NCBI GenBank assembly: GCA_047495785.1
Contig: JBLDXI010000023.1
Coordinates: 496,001-560,000, forward strand
Origin: Lepidodermella squamata
Lineage: Eukaryota > Animalia > Gastrotricha
Reading direction: 5' to 3'
Length of the DNA stretch: 64,000 nucleotides
Positions 50,406 through 62,769 of the stretch are shown here, piece after piece. How positions within the stretch are numbered: the first letter of the stretch is position 1; every line of letters starts with the position of its first letter. The translations under genes were made by a program, and so were the position numbers. The notes under the pieces were generated by a model. The model was not told the origin of the DNA and did no database searches. It saw nothing but the letters and a program-made list of their open reading frames with translations.

Positions 50406-51333
50406 CTGCGGCTGCTACATTTGCTGGATTCATGAAAACGAAGGCTATTCGGAAAAACATATTCTTTTGAAAAAAACATGATAATCGAATCACAGAAACT
50501 TCTGCTATTGAAGCGAATTAATTGTTGAATATAATCGACTAAATAAAGGCTGAAAATGAAATTAAACTGAATTTAAAGATGTGTCGACCACGGACCGCTA
50601 TCTGTCGCTTCCATTTACTTTCGCTGTTATGTAATCGCAATTTTTCTACATTTTTAAAAGCGCTTGAGCTTTGATAATTCTGCGGAATTTTTACATCCAC
50701 TCGTAAGCGGCTACGGTAACCAGCAGTCATTTGGGGCAAAATGAACCTTTGGGGCTAATTGGCCAAAAATGGAGGCTTTCGCATTTTTATCGATTGCTCT
50801 AAAACTACAAGGGCAAACTTTGCAAAATTCAACAGGCCTCCTACAAGCCCCTGATATACACTCATGTAAGTCTTTAGCCAGGTATGTCCCAAAATGAGGT
50901 CACAGCATGTTTTTGCACAGACGTGTGTTTAGGAGGTAAGAATGACCCCCTTTAATTTTAATTACGGTTGAGCGAATGTTCGATTCCTCATTAAGGTGAA
51001 TTTTTTTGCGTCGCATTTAATTTTTTGTTAATTTTCCTCATTTTTTTCAATTGGATTTTTCCGTTTTTTCTGTAGTTTTACTGCTGAGTAGCTTTTAAAC
51101 GTCCCCCCGAACAAAAAATGCCGGGGACACAAGGCGATAGTTTGAAATAATTAAAAAGGGATATTAACAAAAAAAATTAATAAAATTAAATGCCACGCAA
51201 AAAAGTGCTACGTTATGAGCAGGAATCGATCCGTCGCTCTTCAGATCACACTTGTAGGGAATGCTTTGCCTCTTTCATGATAGTCGCGACCATAGACAAT
51301 AATGCAAGATCAGAAACTTACAGTTCTCACATA

Positions 51334-51833
51334 CAGTGCACCTTTGTTATAACGAACCGGTCTTATAGCGAACTTCGACTATAACGAGCAAAAATTAGTG
51401 GCACGAGCCAAACTACGCACTTTTACATGTTGCCAACCTCGTTTATAACGAACTTTTTATAGCGAACTTTTGGCAATAACGAACGATTCTGGGTGGCTCG
51501 GCGGCAGCTTTAAGCGTGATATTTACATGGTTCTATAGCGAACTTAGGTCTCGCGCGCGTTCATACTCGAAAATTTCATGTATTTCATCAATTTTGGGGA
51601 TTCAATTTTATGATCCATTACGACTTATAATCACGCTTCTGAAGAAGAAAGAACTCGACGAGCACTTGTATGAGCATTTAGACTCTACTTCTGACACTTC
51701 TTAAGCCGAACCATCCTGAAAATTGGGGTCTTGCAATTTTTTCTAAATTTCTCTACTTCGTTTGTAACGAACTTTGCTTATAGCGAACTTTTTAAGTGGC
51801 ACCGTAGTGGTTCGTTATAACGAAGGTGCACTG
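51334..51833. mobile_element. Tc1/mariner-superfamily (pogo/Tigger-like) MITE, 500 bp
   Basis: TA TSD. 25-bp TIR CAGTGCACCTTtGTTATAACGAACC / GGTTCGTTATAACGAAGGTGCACTG. tatagcgaact subrepeats. Confidence 0.92.
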
Positions 51834-52196
51834 TAGTGTAAAATTGCATCAGCTGCAAGGGATTAGCGAGCCTGCTTGTTTACTTTCCACGCTCTTTTAA
51901 CGAGAGGGAGATCGCATACTTGCATTGAAAAATTATCGATTTTGAAGATTGATTTCTCAACATGGCTAGTGAGCTCAATTCCTGTTAAAATTATGGCTTG
52001 CAGGGAATTTCGCGGGCTATCTAAATCACTAAGGTTTATTTCAGCGCCAATTTCGGTTGATTTTCTACTCAATTTCAAAAACAACCCTTTTCCGGTAAAA
52101 CTGCGAAAGTGGCTCAAGTTCGCGGGCCGAAATTTTACATGCCATCGTATCGGAAAAATCGACAGTAAATTCTGCTAAATAAAGTGTAGAGTATGG

Positions 52197-54775
52197 AACT
52201 CCATTTCTCTGGGCTGCGAGATTTGACAGGCTGGAACTTGCAAGACTCCTTGTGGAAAATTGTGGAAAAACTTTTTGGTGCCGCAACAACTGATCCAGTA
52301 CCTATTGCTAAATTGTTGGTTGAGCAGTGGCTGGCTATTCCATACTATTACTCCAGTACCTGATCGAACAAGGAGCCGATCCTCTCAGGCGAGGAATAAC
52401 AATGGCGATAACATGTTGCTTCAAGCCTGTTCAATGGATCAAGTTGAGTTCGGCCACTTAGCCTTCATCAAGTTTGCGATTGAATTAGGGGGGAATGACA
52501 TTAATTCGAGGTCAAAATATGATAGCTGCAACCATCGCCTACAGAATCGGCGTTATTACGAAAATTGGCGGATAGATGATTGGGATCTTGTCGAAATGAT
52601 GCAATACTTGTCTAGTAAAGGCTATGATTTTAACGTTAAGGATGGATATTCGGGCTTCAACGAGTTGATGTCTGCAGCAGCTTTGGTTGATCAAAGGAAT
52701 ACTCTTGAGGCTTTGGCATACTCTGGAGGCGAGGTGCTGCCGTGGCTAAGGAGCTAGTCACCAAAAAATTGACTAGCCACGCAGCTACGACTCCACGAAA
52801 GAGTTCATCAACTATGTTCACGGCATCGACAGCCATCACTGCTACTAAACTTTGGCCGTTGACGCCTAGCGATGAGGCGATCGACGCTGGTCTGCAGCCG
52901 ATTGTTAGATCTATTGTGAAGGCAATTTCTAGTGCGGCTAAGAACTCCACGACTGCACGATCTACCATGAAAGCAGTACGAGCTGAAGGACAAAGTGAGC
53001 TGAACTCAGTAAGTAACCGTTTCTTGATTCTTGTCAGTGAAAATCATACTTCCTTCACTGGTCTCCTCAGTAATGAAATGTCAACTGCCGAGTCAAGTTT
53101 ACCAACAATGCCCTGGAAACAGCATTTGTACCTAATGCTTCCCCATAGCAGCCTGGGCTAGTAAATATCAACCTTAGAATTATAAAACTACAATAATTGA
53201 TTGTTCGTTAATTTATAATTTGAATGTTTTCTAACATGATTCCTCAACCCTTGGCTATGGCGAAGAAGAACTCGCCATAGCCTACGAACATTACTCAGTG
53301 AGCATAAAGCATAATTGTAATCAAAATTGGACGTTTCTAATGTCAAAACAAAACTAGGCTAATTCTATTATCATTTCTATTTTTGGCACAGACTTGTTGG
53401 CTTTCTAAAGACGATGGACGTTAATGACGTTCGCGAAATGATTCGACTCAACCAATCCCGGGGGGACGCTCTTTTAATCGAACACCGGACTTATTACGTT
53501 GATTGCAGGTATGTCAATTACGACCAAGCTATCCCAGCTGTTGCTGCAGCTTTGAGCGTTAAAAATACTTCTCTGGAAATGCTCAAAATTCTACTCGAAA
53601 TCGACGGCGATGTGGATGCAATTCATCCAAATTTCAAGAAATCCGCTCTGATGCTTGCAGCAGGACAAGGTCGTCTGGATCTGATTAAATTACTCGTACA
53701 ATTCGGCGCAGATGTTGATTTGGAAGCGAATGGAAGAACGGCGATACTCGACGCTGCCTCAAAGAATCTTGATATAGTAAAATTTCTCATTTCGCAGGGA
53801 GCTACTAAAAACTTGGATCAAATTATTTTCGAGGCTTGCCGGATTTCCTCAATGCCTGCTCTCCCCATGGTTATATTCGCCACTGAGGAGGCTGTGAATT
53901 CTGTTTCTGACACGGATATGCTAGGCAGACCTCCGCTTGCAGTCGCAGCCATGTACTTGAAATCGCCAGATCGTATTGAGGTCTACGAGTATCTGCTATC
54001 AAAAGAGGCCGATGTTGGAACCAGGATAAATTCAGCTTGGTACAGATACAAAAATTACACATTGTGCATCCAGCAGCGCGATTAAATGACTCGAGAATAG
54101 CGCGATTTCTAATCAAAACAGCTGGCATTGGCCTTGACGACCGTGATTCAACTGGCAAGACTCGTTGATGATTGCAGCTATCAACAACTCGCAAACAACT
54201 GCCAAGCTTCTAGTTGATTCTGGCGCGGATGTAACGGCTATTGATAACGATGGCAATAACGGTTTTTGTTGACTTGCATAAACGACGATGATCTTCTCAT
54301 GCGGGCCAGACGATTTGCAAATTTCTCTGGAGTGGACGTGAATTCACAGAACAACAACAACGACACGTGTATAACTCTGATTCGCGACGACTATCCTTTC
54401 AACGGCTTTGCCAAATTTCTTGTCCGAAAAGGCTATGACATAAACCGGAAACTGCGAAGAGGAGATACTGTTTTGCACATTCTCGCAACTCGCGGGACCA
54501 TGAAGAATGTTCTTGAGTTGATTGCGGCTGGATCTAATGTTTTTGCGCGAAATGACTATGGCTATACCCCACTTGATTTGGCGTTGTTTTTCGACAATTC
54601 GCTAGTTGTGGAGGTCTTAAGAGCTGTCGAAGCTTATGAGCGTGATAAGGAAGTCGGTGACGATGAAGACAATGCAGGCGTTGATAACCGCAAGGACAAT
54701 ACAGACGAGGAGTATACTGCAGCCCGAGACAAGTTAAAACGCCAGCCACCACCCTTTCCATGCAACACTTCGTAG
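52197..54775 (+). pseudogene. Ankyrin pseudogene A7
   Basis: No signal exon, internal deletions, acceptor CAG mutated to CAC at 53387-53389, and frameshifts near 52730, 54066 and 54163. Confidence 0.88.
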
Positions 54776-55800
54776 GCACACCTACAGCGGAGGTTATCAA
54801 TGCTTCATAACTTGCATCACTCATTGTTTCATGTTGGGGTTTAGTTCATTTGCTCTCGGATCTCAGATAAAGGATTATGTAATATTTCTGAGTGATATGA
54901 GATGTTTTAATATTATTATTTACTGCGAAATAAAAACAGATTGCAACTCGCATTGTGCTCCCCAATAAACTTGCCAGTTGGCGAGTCGATGTGTTCAAAG
55001 TAAGGGTCTCTTTTGCGTCCGAGTGCTGAGTCATGGCAAAGACGACGCTCTCACCCGACCACTACGCGTCGTTTTGGCGCTCATCGTATCTTGTCTTCGT
55101 ATCGCATTCGTATTCGTATTCGTATCGCTTCTTGTCTCCAGCGAACATACCAGCTAACGCGTTTCCAGAATTATTTTCGAGATACATGCGATAACCGTAA
55201 AACGGCGAAAAAATGATCTTCCCGATCGTAGCTGAGTTGTAGCTGGTCATTTTTCACGGTGAACGGTGAACTGCCAATTTTAAAAGCTGCTCGCAGATAT
55301 AGTAGGATGTGAATGTACGCGTAGTCCCATATTCAGAGAATTGTTTAATTGCAAGGTCTAGCGTGTTTCTTTTATTCTCCCCGGAATTTCGAGAAGCTCA
55401 GGCTTAGGCAGCAGATGACAGATGTAAACACCAGAGGTTTTCCCTTCATGAGGGAATAAAAAATACACCCTTACATTGTTCAACACTTTTTAAATGCGCC
55501 TTATCATCATTAGCCACCAGTTGAAATATCACTTTAGTTTATTCTTGGAATGATTCTTTTTCCAGGTATTCAAAATTGAAATAAAATGGAATTTCAATAT
55601 TATATGAATAATCAATTTTCCGCTAGCAGATGAAATAGACCCTTGTATCCTTCTTCCGGCGACTACGTTTTAATTAAATGTTCAGCAAATACAACTCAGC
55701 CTTTGTAGGTGTATTTATAATAATAAAAACAGTGAAAAATACTTTGCACGATGTAAAATCCCAAGTGAAATCAGCTATAAGTCTAGAGTAATTCCAAACT

Positions 55801-56652
55801 ATGGCTATTCGCTCCGAAGCTGTTTTGCTTGTCGTATTTGTAGTTATAGCTCTCGAAAACATCACCAATGTGGCTGATGCTGGTTATATTAGCATATTCG
55901 TTTAATTAGTCGGAATTAACAAAGTTCTAACCACAGGGCTACTCGATTCAATTTATATTGGAACCCGATACCACGGTTAGTTGTATTGAGGAACATATTT
56001 GTTTTGAGTAAAGGAGTGAAGTTACAGCCAGTGCTACGATATATGTGAAACCCCAGTTCAAGCTACATTGGATCCAGAGATTTGGCATACCAGCTCCAAC
56101 AAAAGACACGCCATATTGGCCAAATAGTATTCTCAGCAACTCCTCCAGCCATGGGTACATATATCTATATGATTCTGTTTCAAGAATGGCAAGTTTGTTG
56201 CTATTTTTTTGGTGTAATCATTGATATTTGATCACTAGTTAAGCAGCCTTTTCCAGCTGTTAGGCTGCGACAGCTGGTTTACTCGCATTAAAATCAATCA
56301 GTTCAGAATGGGCACCGATGCCAATGAAACAGCGATTGACTTCATGGCAACGATCTGCTTCAACAACGCAAGCGACATGCTGAGATGCAACCAGAAAAAC
56401 TACACGATGCAAATGGTTGAAGATATGATCAATAATGTGACTAGTCAATTGGCAATTGGGGCTGTTGAAACTGATCTGCCTAGAGGTTATGTGGAGCCAT
56501 TCGAGTGGAACCAGGTCACGAAAACAGTTCTTACGTCGTTTTTGTCTCTGGACATGACGGAACTTCGCAGCGGGGTTTCATCAGCACTGACTTCCACTTA
56601 TCCTTGGAGTCTCGTCATTTGTTATGGATTGTTATGGACAAATGCCCGATGA
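55801..56652 (+). CDS. Candidate secreted or GPI-anchored protein; internal exons unresolved, may be a pseudogene
   Basis: Signal-like MAIRSEAVLLVVFVVIALENITNVADA G|gt. Last exon after ttttccag (LLGCDSWFTRIKINQFRMG...) has N-glycosylation sequons and a hydrophobic end. I could not join the middle exons without a stop. Confidence 0.4.
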
Positions 56653-56858
56653 GCTAGTAACATAAATCGCCTTTTAATCTTATAATTTTAGAAAATCCGT
56701 ACTCTAATTGATATATTATTGATATATCGTAAAACGTATAGAATTGTTTTAAATCTTTTTCATCTCCAAGTCGTATGGCATTTCAAATCTCTCTTTGAGA
56801 AGTACCTACTAGCAATTCTGGGTCGAGCAGCCGGCCGGTGATTTAGTCCACACTTGAG

Positions 56859-58236
56859 ACTATCATTGGGAATTTGAAAAGGCGACGTGCTGCTTATGGC
56901 ATGCGACGTAGATAGGACGCCGCACTAAGAGGTTTTCGGTTGTCATTATTTTCCACCCCAACATCTCTTGTGCTATTTCTGTGTAATTTTGAGCAGATGC
57001 TGCCATTTTATCAGCTGAATTCATCTCTAAAGATGCATATCCTCTTGATAGCATCTCGGAATCCGCGCCAAAAACGTTATTAATTAACTAATTAATTTTG
57101 AATTTTAAATTGAAATTATTAAGAAAATTCGAATTGAGCCCCGACATATTATTTTTTAGGTTGCAAAATATTTGGAATATTGATGAGCTAAAAAGTGAAG
57201 ACGCCTTTTTGTGCGGCGTCATACATTGGACAAACTGAATGTCGCATGCTGATCTGTGGGGGTTTTCCTTCACATCGACTTGATCAAACAATTATCTATA
57301 AATTAGGCTCATAGATTATTATTCCATATCGTGTGAGGAGTAGTTTGAGTCCAAGAACTCCACAATACGAGTCAGGGGTGAGCCTGGGCGATTGATAATT
57401 GGACAATCGATCTAGGCTAATTTCGGTATTCGATTGATTGAATATCGTCCGATATCGACGTGTTGTCTAATTTCCTGTTCCATCAAACATGGAATCCTTT
57501 GTCAATACGACCTTGCCGATAGTCGTCTTGAAATCAGAAGCTCATCCGGACTTCCGTTAACGAGTTAATTGGTGATTTGTGATTTATCGATTTGTGACTT
57601 CCCACTCAAGGGGTTTTTATCTTGATACCTCTGAGATATGGCTATGCGAAAGTCGCCCCATTTCTCCGTGGCAAAGTGACCCCGACTGGAAAAGTCACCC
57701 CATTTGACGGTAAGTAATAGGAAATCGCAAGTAAAGCCGAAAATTTGATTGTTAAATTCCGAGCTAATGCTTCTCGATCAAACTCATCTTTCGCCCTGGG
57801 TCCTAGCCGCCCTCCATTCAGATGGCCAAATGGTATTTCGTGATCCGAGAGCTACTCTAAGAGAAGCCTATTCCTTTTTATGTTACCGTTGAATTCCTTG
57901 ATCGATCGGTTGATTGATCATGCAACGGATCCTTGCTCCGTGTGGCCTACAACCCGCGGTAACAGGGCTAAATAGTGAATTTCCTGAAAATTCAGCTTGC
58001 TTGAAAAGTAGTGCTTCCCAATCAATACCTTGGGAATCAGTTGCTTGGGAAGCAGTTGATTGGGAAGCAATTGCTTGGGAAGCATTTCATAGCGTCTGGA
58101 ATCTGAAACGGCGAATAATAAATCAGTCGTCCAAGTGCGACACCGACGAGTTCATCTACAGTTTCGACGATATCGACAGCCACCACTGTTTGGCCATTGA
58201 CGCCTAGCCATGAGGCAATCGATACTGGTCTACAGC
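56859..58236 (+). pseudogene. Two dispersed ankyrin-family fragments (~56859-56900 and ~58123-58236)
   Basis: actatcattgggaatttgaaaaggcga matches A8 at ~59910. tggccattgacgcctagc..atcgatactggtctacagc matches the linker motif. Confidence 0.7.
58030..58086. repeat. 15-bp tandem repeat, about 4 copies (ttgggaagcagttgc)
   Basis: ttgggaa at 58030, 58045, 58060 and 58075, with an inverted unit just upstream. Confidence 0.85.
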
Positions 58237-58761
58237 GTGAGCATCGGGGCGCCAGGGGTCTCTATTTCTTAATCGTTAATTGTTTTGCATTTTATTTTCC
58301 CCTTCTGTGACAATAGCTGGAGTTGTGTCAGTGCAGGTATAGAGCATATGGTTGATATGATTCACTGTAACTCCAGAGGTTGAGTCGCCCAAACATTTGC
58401 GGAGAAATTAGCTCTTCGATAAATTCTGAGACTCCTAGTCTCATTGAGATCATAAAAGGCGTCAAAAGCTTCATATTCTGCATTATATCTCTGATGATAA
58501 ATAAACGAAAAATTCCATTTTCTTGACTTACACCCAGCTATTTTTTACTTTCAAAAGCGTGAACACGCGAATGTGTGAGCTTAACAACATTATGACAGCT
58601 TGATCACGAATAATGTCATGCTATAAAAAATTGTAGCAGAACAACATTCCTCAAGAAAGTCTTTTCATTGAATTGCTAACACGAGGAAAAGGTTGACGTC
58701 GCGGTTATTTCTTGAATTTTAAAAAATCTGTCTTAGGTATTCTCGTCTAATTCAAAGCCTG

Positions 58762-61700
58762 ATGAGATCGATTTATTTACTATTTGTTGGAATATGCTTT
58801 ACGGGCGCGGATTTGCTGGCTGACTACGACAGCGTAAGACCTTCCTTGTAAGAATCGTAATAAGGCTGCAACTGTTGCTTTGACAGGCTTTTAACCGAGC
58901 TATAATATCGGGTCAATTTTCAACCGTTCGGCAAATGTTGGATTCCGGCCTTGTCGACTCGAATTCATGGTTGTGGTACGGCTATCAAAACGGAGCGCCT
59001 GCTATCATGAATGCAGTTCGGAACAATCAAAGTTACGAAATGGTTGAATTATTACTGAAAAACGGGGCTAATGTTGAGGGTAGGACGATGCGTGGTAGCT
59101 ACGATGACAAAACTCCCCTGCTCTGGGCTACAAGAGTTGGCAGGCTGGATCTAGCCAGACTCCTTGTGGAAAAGTACAGAGCAAGGACTGATGTTACAAC
59201 CAGAAACAATGAGACAGCATTGATGGTTGCCTTTGATGGGACAATCGACCCAAGTTATCTTCGACTTGCTTACTACCTGTTACCATTTGAATCGCCTAAT
59301 TCCAGAAACTCCGCGGGGCAAACTGCCCTGCACAAACTTTGCGGTGCCGCAACAACTAATCCACTGTCTTTCGCTAAATTGCTGGTGGAGGAGTTCAGAA
59401 TGGATGTGAATGCTAGAGATTACAGTGGCAACACGCCTCTGCTAATCGCGGCAAAAGCTGGTTATTCGATCGATCTACTTCAGTACTTGATTGACCAAGG
59501 AGCAGACCCACAGTCGAGAAATAACGGCGGCGATGATATCTTACTTCGAGCTTGTCAAATAGGCCAAACTGAGTTGGGCCACTTAGCTTTTATCAAATTT
59601 GCTATTGAAGTAGGCAGCAGTGATTTGACTTCGAGTTTGAGATTAGCTGCCTGCTTTAATCGTCTTCAGAATCGGGGTGATAACCAGCTCGATGACTGGG
59701 ATCTGGTCGAAATTTTGCAATACTTAGCTAGCAAAGGATTCGATTCCAACGTCAAAGATGGACATTCGGACGACACGGCTCTGCTCGCAGCAGTTTTAAA
59801 TGGTCAAATACATACTCTTGTGGCCCTGCTCGACCTTGGTGCTGATGTGAATGCGACGGATGACAGGGGCAGAACTGGTTTGGACATTGCGACAGCGCGT
59901 AGAAACAAAACTATCATTGGGAATTTGAAAAGGCGAGGTGCCGCGTTTGGCAAGGAACTGGCCAGCGGATCAGCTAGGTCATCGACTAGTCGATCCACTC
60001 CAACTTCGAGTTCATCTACATTTTCGGCGACATCGACAGCTATTACTGCCACCAAAAAGTGGCCAATGACGCCTAGCGATGATGCGATCGAAGCTGCTTT
60101 GCAGCCGATTGCCGGAGCTATACTGAAGGCAAGATCAACTGTGGCTATAGCGTCTACGACTACAAGACTGCTGAACATGTCGGGACAGGGCAGTGACGGC
60201 CAAGTGAGGAAGCTTTCAGCTAATAAATGTTTAAAAATCGCTCAGGAAATTCAAGAAATGCTAACTAGTTAAGTATTTGCCGTTAATGAGCTGTGGCGAC
60301 GTTTGTTGTAGTTAGAAAAGGTGCTTTCAGCAGGTATAAGGTGGGCTAATTCAGTTTCGTTAACTCAAATTAGTTTCAAGGTGCAATAAGCTGATAGCGT
60401 CTCGGATTTGAGCTTGTTTACAAAAGTATCAAGGTGAAAACTGACACAGTAAGATGTTATTTCTCCGCTTATACTTGCCCCCAGTCTCCTTGAAACTGGT
60501 GTAAAGATTAGATTAAATCTGAGATATTCAATGACGCTAAGGATATCTTCGACAGCTGAAAATATCTTATAGCAGATGAAAGCATCAACAATAAATGTAT
60601 GTTTTGCAGCTCTTTACGACAACAAAATCTACCATAAAGAAAGCAGTACGAAGCGAACCGCAGAATGCTCTCTATTCTGTAAGTTGACTTTTCTTGTAAC
60701 TCATTCCGAGGTCTTTAACGAGCTTGTACAGCTGTCCTAGAGTCTAGATTCTAGAGAAGCCTAAAATCAAGGGTTGCAAATTTCCTTCGCGACGTATTTA
60801 CCTGTAACCTTATTTCTTTGTATTTCTCGGCAGAGATTTATAAGCTACATAAAGACTGGGAGCGTTCCTGCTGTTCGCGAAATGATTCGGCTCAATCAAT
60901 CCCGAGGAGACGCGCTTTTAATTGAACACCGCAGTGAAAAAGTAAATTGTGATTATATTGAATACGACCAAGCTTTGCCAGCGGTAGCTGCTGCGTTAAG
61001 CGTGGACAATTCTTCGTCGGAAATGCTCCAACTCCTACTCGAAAACGACGGCGATGTGGATGCAATTCATCCAAATTTCAAGAAATCCGCTCTGATGCTT
61101 GCAGCAGGACAAGGTCGTCTAGATCTGGTTAAACTACTCGTACAATACGGCGCAGATGTTGATTTGGAAGCGAATGGAAGAACGGCGATACTCGACGCTG
61201 CCTCAAAGAATCTTGAAATCGTGAAATTCCTCATTTCGCAAGGAGCTACAAAAAACTTGAATCAAATCATTTTCGAGGCTTGCCGGATTTCCTCAATGCC
61301 TGCTCTCCCCATGGTTAAATTCGCCATTGAGGAGGCTGGGAATTCTGTTTCTGACATTGATATACTGGGTAGAACTCCGCTGGCAGTCGCTGCAATGTAC
61401 CTGAAATCGCCAGATCGATTTCAGGTCTATGAATATCTTCTATCGAAAGGGGCCGATATTAAAACCAGGATGGATTCGATTTGGTACAGATACCGAAACT
61501 ATACATTGCTACATCTGGCAGCTCGTGCAAATGACTTTGAATTGGCATCTATCCTAATCAAAACAGCTGGCATTGGCCTTGACGACCGCGAATCAACTGG
61601 CAAGACTCCGTTGATGATTGCAGCTATCAACAAATCACAAAAGATTGTCAAACTACTCGTTGATTCGGGCGCGGATGTTACGGCGGTTGATGAAGATGGA

Positions 61701-62303
61701 AATAACGCATTTTTGCAGGCATGTAAATACGACGACAAGCCTCTCCTGCGAGCCAGGCGATTCGCTAACTTCACAGGAGTGGACGTGAATTCTCAGAACA
61801 AGCACAACGACACGTGTCTAACCCTAATCAAGGACGAATATCCTTTCAATGGATTTGCCAAGCTTCTGGTCCGAAAAGGCTACGACGTCAATCGTAAACT
61901 GGTAAGAGGCGATACTGTTTTGCACGTCATCGCAACCCGTGGGACCGCAAACAATATTGGAGAGCTGATTGCAGCTGGATCTAATGTCATTGCGCGCAAT
62001 GATGATGGCCAGTCCCCGCTTGATCTGGCTTTGCTATTCGGGAACACCCAAGTTTTAGACATTTTAAGAGCAGTCGAAGCTGTTGTAGCTAAACCGAGAA
62101 GAATAGCGCTTAGCGCTACACTGAAAATGACTACAACAACCGATGTTGAACACGATGACGCAAATGAAGTGGAAGATGAGGAAGTCGGCGATGAAAACGA
62201 TGGAGGCGATGAATTCCACAAGGACAATGCAGACGAGGAGTATAATGCAGCCCGGCACAATTTTGAACGGCTCCCTCCATGCAAATTATTTAACACCGCT
62301 TAA
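58762..62303 (+). CDS. Secreted two-block ankyrin-repeat protein A8, ~975 aa, intact; exons 58762-58833, 58887-60203, 60610-60678, 60834-62303
   Basis: Signal peptide MRSIYLLFVGICFTGA and phase-0 introns. The extra 69-nt exon encodes KAVRSEPQNALYS, which ends exon 2 in A4. Confidence 0.88.
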
Positions 62304-62701
62304 TCGTCACGTCGATGTTACATTGCGTCAAAGCAAAAGCTAGATATTCGACAAGTTTGTTCTTGATAAAATCGACCGATTTCGTTTTAAAATAAAAGTG
62401 ATGATTTTGTAATCCCACCAGTTCCTATTTGAATTTCATTGGGCCGTATGCAGTCTCCATCCTCGGAGCTTCTTCCTTGGGTTAAGTCCAGGCCTAGCCT
62501 AGCCATTTCTCTTGTCAGATGTGGCATAATCTCACCCAGACTGAATCGCTCTGGGCTTTCATGCTCGCTAGTAATTCTCCGTATGGCTCGTTTGCAAGCC
62601 TTTCGAGTATCGCATACATAGTATACAAAAAATCGCCTGGTTCTTTTCTTCTGCTTTTTATTAACGATCTGCTTTTTCGTAGATATAGGAAGACTCATAT
62701 C

Positions 62702-62769
62702 GGGACGACGCATTTACACGTGATAAATATAGATGATCAAATCGAACATGTATTAAACAGGAATAAACA
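62702..62769. repeat. Third copy of a non-coding block found upstream of the Ly6-like genes
   Basis: ggacgacgcatttacacgtgataaata...gatgatcaaatcgaacatgt..acaggaataaacaa matches 4671-4739 and 13622-13690. Confidence 0.85.

Noticed and set aside
554-62296. Many minus-strand and alternate-frame ORFs overlapping ankyrin and Cys-rich exons
   Set aside because: They are shadows of real coding exons and recur only because the sense genes are paralogous.
2-62303. Bacterial endosymbiont (Wolbachia-like) ankyrin cluster or contamination
   Set aside because: Conserved spliceosomal introns, signal-peptide exons and eukaryotic DNA transposons show a nuclear eukaryotic locus. Ancient horizontal origin cannot be tested without a search.
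62387-62713. 108-aa minus ORF
   Set aside because: Starts within a non-coding repeated block and has no recognisable features.
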